The notes below the pieces were generated by a model that worked only from the letters and a program-made list of their open reading frames with translations, was not told the DNA's origin and did not search any database. Source: an uncultured Candidatus Rokubacteria bacterium (GTDB taxonomy: Bacteria > Methylomirabilota > Methylomirabilia > Rokubacteriales > CSP1-6). Taken from it: a stretch of 64,000 nucleotides of DNA. Both the position numbers and the translations under genes were made by a program. The stretch's first letter is position 1. The number at the start of each line of letters is the position of its first letter. Positions 9,062 through 18,060 of this stretch are shown piece by piece. The stretch is from NCBI GenBank assembly GCA_963840495.1, contig CAWIZN010000044.1:194055-258054 (forward strand), in the 5' to 3' direction.

Positions 9062-10142
9062 ATGGCGCAACACGCGGGATCGGCCGGATCGTTCTTCCGG
9101 AAACCGGCCCCGCCGGCCGCTCCACCGCCGCCCACGTTTCGACCACCCCTGCCGCCGTCCGGCCTGGGCGTTCCCGACGCGGTCCCACCGCCGCTGCCGG
9201 CGGCCCGGCGCCGCCTGTCCTTCCACGGCACGGGCGGGACGCTCTTCGGGATCCACGTCGTCAACGTGCTCTTCACCGTGCTCACGCTCGGCGTCTACTA
9301 CTTCTGGGGCAAGACGCGCATCCGGCGCTATCTCTTCGGCGAGAGCGCCTTCGAAGGGGACCGCTTCGCCTATCACGGCACCGCGCAGGAGCTCCTCCTC
9401 GGCTTCGTGAAGGCCTTCGTGGTCTTCTTCGTGCCCATCGTCGTCCTGACGGTGGTGCGCGACGTGCTCGACGTCGGCCCGGTGATCAAGGGGGCGGCGG
9501 CGGTGTCGATCTCGCTCCTGTTCCTGATGTTCCTCCCCGTGGCGATGGTGGGCGCTCGCCGGTACCGGCTGAGCCGCACCTCCTGGCGGGGCATCCGCTT
9601 CTCCTTCCGCGGGGCCGCCTTCGAGTTCGTCAAGATCTTCGTCAAGGGCACCTTCCTCACCGGGCTGACGTTCGGGCTCTACTACCCGTTCTTCGTGACC
9701 CGGCGGCAGGCCTTCATGATCGCGCACTCCTACTTCGGCAATGAGCGGTTCGACTTCGACGGGCGGGGCCGGGAGCTGTTCGGCCCCTACCTCCTCTCGG
9801 TCCTGCTCACGCTGCCCACGCTCGGGCTCTGCTGGGTCTGGTTCCTCGCCCGCAAGCGGCGGTTCTTCTGGGAGCACACCACCTTCGGGCGCGGCCCGGT
9901 TCGGCTCGACGGTCACGGGCGGCGCGCTGCTCGGCCTCTGGGTGGTCAATGCCATCCTGCTCGTCTGCACGCTTGGCCTCGCCTGGCCGTGGGTGCGGGT
10001 GAGGAATATCAACTTCGCCTTCCGCTACCTCGCGCTGGACGGACCGCTCGACCTCGAGCGCATCCGGCAGCAGGCCCAGCAGGCGTCCGCCACGGGCGAG
10101 GGCCTGGCCGGCTTCCTCGACACCGGCTTCGACCTCGGCTAG
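9062..10142 (+). pseudogene. DUF898 (YjgN-family) multi-pass membrane protein, one frameshift
   Basis: MAQHAGSAGSFFRKP...LSFHGTGGTLFGIHVVNVLFTVLTLGVYYFWGKTRIRRYLFGES...YRLSRTSWRGIRFSFRG... continues in track ORF 9741..10142 (ARFGSTVTGGALLGLWVVNAILLVCTLGLAWPWVRVRNINFAFRYLALDG...). This is the duplicated YjgN/DUF898 repeat pattern. The shift is at the ggg run 9887-9889. Confidence 0.75.
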
Positions 10143-10277
10143 AGCGATGATAAGGGCCCATCTGCTTCGTTGGCGCCCTCGACCGCCGCCACGTAGGCTT
10201 GCGAGACCGTCTCGGGGCCCGACGGCCTCGCGTGCGGCTCGGGCGCCGCCTCGCAGCTGGACCCTCTCATCGCTCTA
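10140..10277 (+). repeat. MITE-like repeat family A, copy 1 (138 bp)
   Basis: It begins tagagcgatgataagggcccatctgcttcgttggcgccctcg and ends gggcgccgcctcgcagctggaccctctcatcgctcta. The outer 11 bp are perfect inverted repeats and the next ~27 bp are imperfect. Its first three bases are the TAG stop of the DUF898 gene. Confidence 0.85.
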
Positions 10278-10306
10278 CGGTTTCTCACGGAGGCGGTGGC
10301 ATCTCG

Positions 10307-11431
10307 ATGGCCGGGCTCGTGCGGCGCGAGTGGGCGGCGCACTACCTGGACGGGCAGACCGCCATCCGCTATCCCGCGACCGTCCGGCTGATGGGCGAGG
10401 GGCTCGAGGTGACCACGGCCTCGGGGTGGGTGCGGCTCTGGCCCTACCGGGACATCCGCCAGACGCAGGGATTCTACGAAGGCGAGGAGGTCCGGCTCGA
10501 GCGGGGCGGGGAGCTGGCGGAGGCCGTCATCGTGTCGGATCCGGCATTTCTGCACAGCCTCCACGAGGCGGCGCCCCAGGCCTCCGGCTTCCACGATCCC
10601 GCGGGACGAGGCCGGCGGGTGCGCCTCACCGCCCTGGCGGGCGTTGCGGTCATCGGCATCACGGCGGCGCTCTATCTCTGGGGCATTCCGCTCATCGCCG
10701 CCCTCGCCGCCCCCCGGGTGCCCGTGGCCTGGGAGGAGAGCCTGGGGCGCGCCGTGACCGACCAGCTCGCCCCGCCCGACCGCATGTGCGCGAGTCCGAG
10801 CGGGCAGCGCGCGCTCGACACGATCGTGGCCCGCCTGACGGCGGCGGCGCCGCCCTCTCCCTACACGTTTCGCGCGCGCGTGGTCAATGCCCCTGACGTC
10901 AATGCGCTCGCCGCGCCGGGCGGCTACATCGTGGTCTTCCGCGGCCTGGTCGAGCGGGCGCGCACGCCCGACGAGCTCGCGGGGGTCCTCGCCCACGAGA
11001 TCGAGCACGTCCTGCACCGGCACACGACCCGCGCGGTGATCCAGCACGCGTCGACCGGGCTCCTGCTCGCGGCCCTCACCGGCGACATGACGGGGCCGCT
11101 CGCCTACGGGCTCGAGAGCGCGCGGGTTCTCGGCCAGCTCCAGTACAGCCGCCGTGCCGAGGAGGAGGCGGACCGGGACGGGATGAAGCTGCTCCTCGCC
11201 GCCCGCGTTGCTCCCGACGGGATGATCGGCTTCTTCGACGAGCTGGCCAAGGGCGACCACCCGCGGCGCGTGCTGCGCTATCTGTCGACCCATCCGAGTC
11301 CGAGCGATCGGATCGCCACCCTGCGCGAGCTCGCGGCCCGGGCCCCCGGGCCCCCGACCCCCGTCCTGACCGATCAGCAGTGGCAGGACCTGAAGGCGAT
11401 CTGCACCGCCGCCCCGCCCCCAGCGCCCTGA
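10307..11431 (+). CDS. M48-family zinc metallopeptidase with N-terminal accessory domain and TM segment
   Basis: ATG at 10307 after GGAGG (in frame within track ORF 10199..11431). It carries the HExxH motif in ...ELAGVLAHEIEHVLHRHTTR... plus a downstream EEEADRDG glutamate. A TM helix (LTALAGVAVIGITAALYLWGIPLIAAL) precedes the catalytic domain. Confidence 0.85.
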   Translation: MAGLVRREWAAHYLDGQTAIRYPATVRLMGEGLEVTTASGWVRLWPYRDIRQTQGFYEGEEVRLERGGELAEAVIVSDPAFLHSLHEAAPQASGFHDPAGRGRRVRLTALAGVAVIGITAALYLWGIPLIAALAAPRVPVAWEESLGRAVTDQLAPPDRMCASPSGQRALDTIVARLTAAAPPSPYTFRARVVNAPDVNALAAPGGYIVVFRGLVERARTPDELAGVLAHEIEHVLHRHTTRAVIQHASTGLLLAALTGDMTGPLAYGLESARVLGQLQYSRRAEEEADRDGMKLLLAARVAPDGMIGFFDELAKGDHPRRVLRYLSTHPSPSDRIATLRELAARAPGPPTPVLTDQQWQDLKAICTAAPPPAP

Positions 11432-11453
11432 CGCGCCGCTGACCGCCGCCAGG

Positions 11454-11828
11454 CTACACCAGGATCGTGTGGAGACCGCCGTTCGAGCGCCGGCTTCGCC
11501 GGCGAATCCGCTGTTCGGCGAGGCATCGGAAGCGGAGCGGAGACCTCGCGCCTCTCAGGTCGGCGGTCCCGCGCGCCGGGGCTGCCCCCCCACCGCGTCC
11601 TGCCCCGACGAGGCGGAAGATGGGGTGGTCGCGGGTCAGGGGTGGGATCTCCTGCCGCGAGCGAAGGCGTGCCCGGCTCGTCAGCCCGTCGGCGAGCACG
11701 AGGCGGCGGCCACGTTGACGGACGCTCGGCAGGTCGCCCCGTCGGATCATCCGCCAGACGGTGGAGGGGGAGACCCCCAGCGCCTGCCCGGCTTCCTCGA
11801 CGCTGACCCGCCGACCCGCGGTCGCCAT
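11454..11828 (-). CDS. excisionase-type (HTH_17/MerR-like) DNA-binding protein
   Basis: 124-aa ORF. The N-terminus, [37 protein letters not shown], is the classic excisionase-family helix-turn-helix. The C-terminal ~70 aa are low complexity and uncertain. Confidence 0.5.
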   Translation of the reverse strand: MATAGRRVSVEEAGQALGVSPSTVWRMIRRGDLPSVRQRGRRLVLADGLTSRARLRSRQEIPPLTRDHPIFRLVGAGRGGGAAPARGTADLRGARSPLRFRCLAEQRIRRRSRRSNGGLHTILV

Positions 11829-11859
11829 GCCCTGAACCTATCAACGACCGATCACTCTG

Positions 11860-13485
11860 TCAATCGTGTGCGTCCTTGAAGCGCTCGCGCAGGACCTTCT
11901 TGTCGAACTTGCCCACGCTGGTCTTGGGCACCGCCTCGATGAAGACGACGCGGTCGGGCAGCCACCACTTGGCGACCCGCGGGGTCAGGTATTCGAGAAT
12001 CTCCTCGGCGGTGAGCTGGCCGGCGAACTCGGGCTTGGGCACGACGCAGGCCAGGGGCCGCTCCACCCAGGTGGGGTGGGGCACCGCGATCACCGCGGCC
12101 TCGAGCACCTTCGGGTGGCCCATGATCGTGGTCTCCATGTCGACGCTCGAGATCCACTCGCCGCCGGACTTGATCAGGTCCTTGGTGCGATCGGTGATCT
12201 GGATATAGCCGTCGGGGTCGAGGGAGGCGACGTCGCCCGTGCGGAACCAGCCGTCCTCGGTGAACTGGGCCGCGCCCTCCGGGTTGTTGTAGTACCCGCT
12301 CGTCACCCACGGCCCGCGCACCTGGATCTCGCCGACGCTCTTGCCGTCCCACGGCAGCACCCGGCCCGTGTCGTCGACGATCCGCATGTCCACCCCCGCG
12401 ATGGGCGCCCCCTGCTTGGCGCGGACGTCGTAGCGCTCCGCCTCCGGCCGGTCGTCCATGTAGGAGCGCGGCCGGCACACGCTGCCGAGCGGGGACATCT
12501 CGGTCATGCCCCAGGCGTGGAGCATATAGGCCCCGTACTTCTTGTCGAAGAGCTCGATCAGGCTCTTGGGCGCCGCCGAGCCGCCGATGGGGATGCAGCG
12601 GATGGAGGAGATGTCCCACTGGGGCTCCTTCTCGAGGATGCCCTGGATGGCGATCCACACGGTGGGCACCGCCCCCACCACGGTGACCTTCTCGTTGTGG
12701 ACGATCTCGATGATGTCGCGCGGCTGGGGATTGGGGCCGCCGAAGAGCTGGGTGGAGCCGTTCATGACGCCCGCGAAGGGCACGCACCAGGCATTGGCGT
12801 GGAACATGGGCACGATGTGCAGGATCACGTCCCGCTCCGACAGCCCGAGCACGTCCGCGGTGGACGACGCGAAGCAGTGCAGATAGATGCCGCGGTGGCT
12901 GTAGAGGACGCCCTTGGGATGGCCCGTCGTGCCGGAGGTGTAGCACATGCCCGCGGCGTCCGTCTCCTCGAGCGTCGGCCACGCCTCGACGGGCGCGGCG
13001 TCGGCGAGGAGCGCCTCGTAGTCGATCGCGCCCGGCGGGATCTCGGCGCCCGGCGTGTCCTTCATGACGATGAAGTGCTCGACGGTCTTCAGATCCTTCT
13101 TGATCGGCTCGAGCAGGGGCCAGACGCTGGCATCCACGATCAGGACCCGGTCCTCGGCGTGGTTGACGATATAGGTGATGTCCTGGGCGGAGAGCCGGAT
13201 GTTCACCGTGTGCAGCACCATGCCCATGAGCGGCGCCGCGAAGTACGCCTCGAGATGCCGGTGGGAGTTCCACGCGAAGGTCCCCACGCGGTCGCCCTTC
13301 CGGATGCCGAGCTTGGCGAGCGCCGCGGCGAGGCGGCAGACGCGATCCGCATAGTCGGCGTAGGTGTAGCGCTGAAGGCCGACCCCCGGCACGCGCGTCG
13401 CGAGCGTCTTTTTGTGGAACAGCTTCCGCGTCCGCTCGAAGAACTGGGTGAGCGTGAGCGGATAGTCCATGATCAAGCCCTTCAT
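11860..13485 (-). CDS. long/medium-chain fatty-acid--CoA ligase
   Basis: Start moved to ATG 13485 ([19 protein letters not shown]...), preceded by GGGAGAA. AMP-binding motifs are present: [18 protein letters not shown], ...GWFRTGDVA... and ...[15 protein letters not shown]. The frame is intact. Confidence 0.85.
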   Translation of the reverse strand: MKGLIMDYPLTLTQFFERTRKLFHKKTLATRVPGVGLQRYTYADYADRVCRLAAALAKLGIRKGDRVGTFAWNSHRHLEAYFAAPLMGMVLHTVNIRLSAQDITYIVNHAEDRVLIVDASVWPLLEPIKKDLKTVEHFIVMKDTPGAEIPPGAIDYEALLADAAPVEAWPTLEETDAAGMCYTSGTTGHPKGVLYSHRGIYLHCFASSTADVLGLSERDVILHIVPMFHANAWCVPFAGVMNGSTQLFGGPNPQPRDIIEIVHNEKVTVVGAVPTVWIAIQGILEKEPQWDISSIRCIPIGGSAAPKSLIELFDKKYGAYMLHAWGMTEMSPLGSVCRPRSYMDDRPEAERYDVRAKQGAPIAGVDMRIVDDTGRVLPWDGKSVGEIQVRGPWVTSGYYNNPEGAAQFTEDGWFRTGDVASLDPDGYIQITDRTKDLIKSGGEWISSVDMETTIMGHPKVLEAAVIAVPHPTWVERPLACVVPKPEFAGQLTAEEILEYLTPRVAKWWLPDRVVFIEAVPKTSVGKFDKKVLRERFKDAHD

Positions 13486-13617
13486 CGCATCGTTCTCCCG
13501 GGTCCTTCGAGGTGACGCGGCGAAAGCGCACGGATGGTGGCCGCGGGCCGTTCCCCGCCCTAACATAGGAGGGCCGCGCGAGCCTGTCAATTCGGCCTGT
13601 CCCGGGGTGCGACCCCT

Positions 13618-13646
13618 TTGCGCCCGGCCGCCCCTTGCGGTAAGGT
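13618..13646 (+). promoter_or_regulatory. sigma70-type promoter TTGCGC-N17-TAAGGT, leaderless layout
   Basis: TTGCGC at 13618-13623 and TAAGGT at 13641-13646. The ATG at 13654 lies 7 nt after the -10 element, with no SD. Confidence 0.4.
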
Positions 13647-13653
13647 GTCGGCC

Positions 13654-15716
13654 ATGAACTCACGCTGGGACGACGCCGCGGCGCAGGGCCTCTCCGATCT
13701 CGATCTGCTCGTGTACGCCTCGCGCCTGATCGGCGCCGAGACCTCGCTCGTCGTCTGGGGCGGCGGGAACACGTCGGTCAAGCGCACGGAGCGCGATCAC
13801 CGCGGCCGCGAGGTGCGGGTGCTCCGCGTCAAGGGCAGCGGCTCCGATCTGAAGAGCATCCAGAAGAAGGACTTCCCCGGCGTCGTGATCGACGACATCC
13901 GGGCCCTCCTCGAGCGCCCGGACATGGACGACCAGGTGATGGTCGACTACTTCGCTCATGCCCTGCTCGAGCCCGCGAGCCCGCGCCCGTCCATCGAGAC
14001 GCCGCTCCACGGCTTCCTCGCCCCCGACGCGATCATCCACACCCATGCCGACGCGGTCGTCTCGCTCACCAACAATGACCGCTGCGCCGAGGTGCTCCGA
14101 GAGGTGTACGGCGGCGACGTCGTCTCGCTCGCCTATCTGCGCCCGGGCTTCCCCATCGCCAAGCAGGTGGCCCAGACCTTCGAGGCGCATCCCGAGGCGC
14201 GCGCCATCCTGCTCGAGAAGCACGGGACCATCTGCTGGGGCGCCACGGTGAAGGAGGCCTATCTCTCGACGATCGAGCTGATCAGCCGCGCCGAGGAGGC
14301 CATCGCCCATCGCGCGAAGGGCCGGGCGCGCTTCGGCGGCGTCGCCGTGACGGCGCCGGCGCCCGAGGCGCGGCGCCGCGTGGCCCTCGCCGTGGCGCCC
14401 CGGCTGCGCGGCCTGCTCGGCCGCGACCGGCGCGTGATCCTGACCTTCGACGACAGCGCCGACGTGCTCGAGTTCGCGGCCTCGAAGGACGCGCGCGAGC
14501 TCTGCCATGTCGGCCCCGCCACGCCCGACCACACGATCTACACCAAGCGGCTGCCGTGCTTCGCCGCGTGCGACCGGCCGGACGATCCCGACGCGGTGCA
14601 GGCGGCGGTCGCAGACGGCGGTGGACGCGTTCGTCGCGGACTACACGGCGTACTTCAACGGGCACAATCGCTACGGCGCGACCCTCACCGATCCGTTTCC
14701 GCGGGTCGTCGCGGTGGCCGGGCTCGGCATGTTCACGGCGGGGAAGGATCGCCGGACCTCGGGCATCGTCAGCGACATCTACCACCACACGATCTCCGTG
14801 CTCGGCGCGGCCGAGCAGCTTCGGGCGCTACGTCTCGCTCTCCGCCCAGGACGCCTTCGACATCGAGTACTGGCCGCTCGAGCTGTACAAGCTCACGCTG
14901 GCGCCGCCGGAGCGCGAGCTGGCCCGGCGCATCGCGCTGGTCACGGGCGGGGCGAGCGGGATCGGCCGCGCCGCCGCCCTGCGGCTGGCCGCCGAGGGCG
15001 CCCACGTGGTCGTGACCGACCTGGACGCGGCGGGCGCGCGCAAGGTCGCCGACGAGGTGACGGCGGCCTCGGGGGCCGGGCGCGCCGTCGGCGTCGGGAT
15101 GGACGTGGCGCGCGAGGACTCCGTGCGGGCGGCCTTCGAGGAAGCCGTCCTCGCCTATGGCGGCATCGACATCGTGGTCTCCAATGCCGGGATCGCGCAC
15201 TCGACGCCCATCGACCAGCTCACGCTGTCCGACTGGGAGCGCTCGTTCTCCGTGAACTCGACGGGCCACTTCCTGGTGGCGCGCGAGGGGCTGCGCATCA
15301 TGAAGGCCCAGGGCCTCGGCGGCGCCTTCGTCTTCGTCGCCACGAAGAACGTCATGTCGCCCGGCAAGGACTTCGCCGCGTACTCGGCATCGAAGGCCGC
15401 CGAGGCCCAGCTCGCCAAGGTGCTGGCGCTCGAGGGCGGCCCCCACGGCATCCGGTCGAATCTGGTCAATCCCGATGCCGTCTTCCGCGACTCCAAGCTC
15501 TGGTCGGAGGAGATCCGGCGCGAGCGCGCCCGGGCCCAGGGCATCGCGGTCGAGGATCTCGAGGACTTCTACCGCAAGCGCAATATCCTGGCCCGGCCCA
15601 TCCTCGCCGAGGACGTGGCCGAGGCGGTGCTGTTCCTCGCGTCCGACCGCTCGGCCAAGACCACCGGCTGCACCATCACGGTGGATGGCGGCGTCAAGGA
15701 CGCCTTCCCCCGCTAG
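13654..15716 (+). pseudogene. bifunctional class II aldolase/adducin-domain + short-chain dehydrogenase (rhamnulose-1-phosphate aldolase/alcohol dehydrogenase type), two frameshifts
   Basis: The N-terminal part is MNSRWDDAAAQGLSDLDLLVYASRLIGAETSLVVWGGGNTSVK...IIHTHADAVVSL... (aldolase_II). The middle piece is in track ORF 14507.. (AVDAFVADYTAYFNGHNRYGATLTDPFPRVVAVAGLGMFTAGKD...). The C-terminal SDR is in ORF 14556..15716 (ALVTGGASGIGRAAA...YSASKAA...). Shifts are near 14615 and 14818. Confidence 0.8.
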
Positions 15717-15892
15717 AGCGATGATAAGGGCCCATCTGCTTCGTTGGCGCCCTCGACTGCCGGCCACGTAACGCGCGGTGTCGACCGACGACTTTCGTCT
15801 CGACCAACTGGCCCCGCACTCGCCCTACGAGAGTACGCCTCGCGTGCGGCTGTCGGGCGCCGCCTCGCAGCTGGACCCTTCTCATCGCTCTA
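15714..15892 (+). repeat. MITE-like repeat family A, copy 2 (179 bp, longest)
   Basis: It has the same termini as copy 1 (tagagcgatgataagggcccatctgcttcgttggcgccctcg ... cgggcgccgcctcgcagctggacccttctcatcgctcta) and a longer core. Its first TAG is the stop codon of the aldolase/SDR gene. Confidence 0.85.
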
Positions 15893-15928
15893 GCCGCGCG
15901 TTTTTCCGACAGACTCCTAGGCTAGATC

Positions 15929-16855
15929 GTGGCGCTCCGCTTCGGTGCTTTTCTGTCGCTGCATGCGCCCGAGGCGCAGTTCGCGCTGGCGCGGCGCGTG
16001 GAGGAGCTCGGCTTCGACTCGGTGTGGACGGGCGACCACGTGTCCTTTCACAACCCGATCTACGAGTCGCTGACGCTGCTCGCCGCCTACGCCGGCATCA
16101 CGCGGCGGATCAAGCTCGGCAGCGCGGTCTATCTCCTGGCCCTCCGCCATCCCACGGTGGCGGCCAAGATCACCGGGACGCTCGACACGCTGTCGGGCGG
16201 CCGGCTCATCTTCGGCGTCGGCGTGGGCGGGGAGAACCCCAAGGAGTTCGAGGCCTGCGGCATTCCGCACCACGAGCGCGGCGCCCGGGTCACGGAGGGG
16301 ATCGAGGTGGTGCGCGCGCTCTGGCGCGACTCGCCCGCCACCTTCAAGGGCCGCTTCACCCAGTTCGAGGGCGTGAGCATCGATCCCAAGCCCGTGCAGC
16401 GCCCCGCGCCCCCCATCTGGATCGGGGGTCGGTCCGACGCCGCGCTGGCGCGCGCGGGGCGGCAGGGGGATGGCTGGGTGTCCTACGTCGTCCAGCCCGA
16501 TCGCTACCGGCAGAGCCTCGACAAGATCCGCGCGGCGGCCGCGGAGGCCGGTCGATCCCTCGACGGGTTCGTGGCCGCGCATCTCACGTTCATCACGGTG
16601 GGGCGTGACTACGAGAGCGCCGAGCGGCGCTGGGTCGAGCGGCTCAGCCGGCGCTATGCGCAGGACTTCGGGCCGCTCGCCCGGAAGTACGGCGTCATCG
16701 GCACGCCCGAGCAATGTCTCGAGCAGCTCGATCGCTTCGCCTCGGCGGGCTGCGGCTATTTTCTGATGAATCCCATCGGCGACCCCGCGGACGAGCGCGA
16801 CCAGATCGAGGCCATCGCCGCCGACATCCTCCCGCGCCTCCCAGGAGGCCGATAA
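15929..16855 (+). CDS. LLM-class (luciferase-like) F420-dependent oxidoreductase
   Basis: 308-aa intact ORF (GTG start): ...LGFDSVWTGDHVSFHNPIYESLTLLAAYAGITRRIKLGSAVYLLALRHPTVAAKITGTLDTLSGGRLIFGVGVGG... This is typical of the luciferase-like monooxygenase family. Confidence 0.8.
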   Translation: MALRFGAFLSLHAPEAQFALARRVEELGFDSVWTGDHVSFHNPIYESLTLLAAYAGITRRIKLGSAVYLLALRHPTVAAKITGTLDTLSGGRLIFGVGVGGENPKEFEACGIPHHERGARVTEGIEVVRALWRDSPATFKGRFTQFEGVSIDPKPVQRPAPPIWIGGRSDAALARAGRQGDGWVSYVVQPDRYRQSLDKIRAAAAEAGRSLDGFVAAHLTFITVGRDYESAERRWVERLSRRYAQDFGPLARKYGVIGTPEQCLEQLDRFASAGCGYFLMNPIGDPADERDQIEAIAADILPRLPGGR

Positions 16856-16957
16856 CGGCCCATCTGCTTCGTTGGCGCCCTCGGCCGGGCGCTCAACGTA
16901 GAGGGACTACGCCTCGCGCCCGGCCTTCGGGCGCCGCCTCGCAGCTGGACCGTTCTC
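16851..16957 (+). repeat. MITE-like repeat family A, copy 3 (truncated, ~107 bp)
   Basis: gataacggcccatctgcttcgttggcgccctcgg ... ttcgggcgccgcctcgcagctggaccgttctc. It shares the inner arms with copies 1 and 2 but lacks the outermost tagagcgatga / tcatcgctcta. The TAA inside its left end (16853-16855) is the stop codon of the LLM gene. Confidence 0.7.
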
Positions 16958-17015
16958 GGCCTCCTGGGGCCCTTGGCGGTAGATACAGAAAGGCCAGAGC
17001 AGGGGGTGGGGTGTT

Positions 17016-18038
17016 GTGAGGGTTACGTTTCTTTGTCCTCATTTGCGGATTGCTGGGGGCGTGCGGGCGATCTTGACTCATGCCGACCGGCTGGCCGCGC
17101 GCGGCCATCAGGTGAGCATCGTGGTGCCGGCGCGGCGGGCGCTTCGGGCTTGGTGGCGGAACCGGTTTCCGCGCGCGCCGGTCTGGATGCCGACGTTGCG
17201 GGCCCGCGTCGTCTGGGTTCCCGCGTGGAGCGCGGCGGATCTGCCGGACGGGGACGCGTTGATCGCGACCGCCTGGCAATCGGCGGGGCCGGTGGCCGAG
17301 GCGCCGGCGCGGTGCGGCGCCAAGTTCTACCTCGTCCAGCACTACGAGAGCCTCTACCACGGCGACGCGGCGCGGGTGGACGAGACGTACCGCCTGCCGC
17401 TCAGGAAGATCGTCATCTCCACATGGCTCGCCGACGTCATGGCGGAGCGCTTCGCGAGCCCCGCGGCGGTGGTCGTCACCCCCGTCGACCCCGCGTTGTT
17501 TCATCCCGTCCCCGAGGCGCGGGATGGCGGCCTCTCGATGCTCATGCTCCACCACGAGTACCCGTGGAAAGGGGTGGCCGAGGGGATCGAGGTCGCGCGG
17601 CGGGTGAAGGCGCAGAACCCCGGCCTGCGGCTCATCGGCTTCGGCGTCAAGCCGCCGGCCGGCGCCTCGCCGTACGACGAGTTCTTCGCCGATCCGCCAC
17701 AGGAGCGGCTGGCCTGGCTCTATAGCCGCTGCCCGATCTATCTCTGCCCGTCCTGGGACGAGGGGCTCGGCATGCCGCCCATGGAGGCGATGGCCTGCGG
17801 CGCCGCGCTCTGCACGTACGACAATGGCGGCTGCCGGGACTACGCGATCGACGGCCGCACGGCGGTGGTGGCGCCGCGCCGCGACGTGGACGCCCTGGCC
17901 CGGGGGCTGGGGCGGCTGGTCGAGGACGGAGCCCTCCGGGACCGGATCGCCCGCGACGGCCAGACCTTCGTCACGACGCAGTTCGATTGGGCGCGGGCCA
18001 CGGCGCGATTCGAGGCCTTGCTGCTGGCCGGGCGGTAG
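17016..18038 (+). CDS. glycosyltransferase (GT4/GT1-type)
   Basis: 340-aa intact ORF: MRVTFLCPHLRIAGGVRAILTHADRLAARGHQVSIV... with a C-terminal ...CPSWDEGLGMPPMEAMACGAALCTYDNGG... (the E-x7-E-like retaining-GT motif). Confidence 0.8.
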   Translation: MRVTFLCPHLRIAGGVRAILTHADRLAARGHQVSIVVPARRALRAWWRNRFPRAPVWMPTLRARVVWVPAWSAADLPDGDALIATAWQSAGPVAEAPARCGAKFYLVQHYESLYHGDAARVDETYRLPLRKIVISTWLADVMAERFASPAAVVVTPVDPALFHPVPEARDGGLSMLMLHHEYPWKGVAEGIEVARRVKAQNPGLRLIGFGVKPPAGASPYDEFFADPPQERLAWLYSRCPIYLCPSWDEGLGMPPMEAMACGAALCTYDNGGCRDYAIDGRTAVVAPRRDVDALARGLGRLVEDGALRDRIARDGQTFVTTQFDWARATARFEALLLAGR

Positions 18039-18060
18039 CCCCCGGGCTCAGAGGGTCCTT

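Noticed and set aside
11454-11828. Type II toxin-antitoxin locus
   Set aside because: Only an HTH protein is present. No PIN, RelE, MazF or other toxin ORF is adjacent on either side, so I kept it only as a low-interest note.
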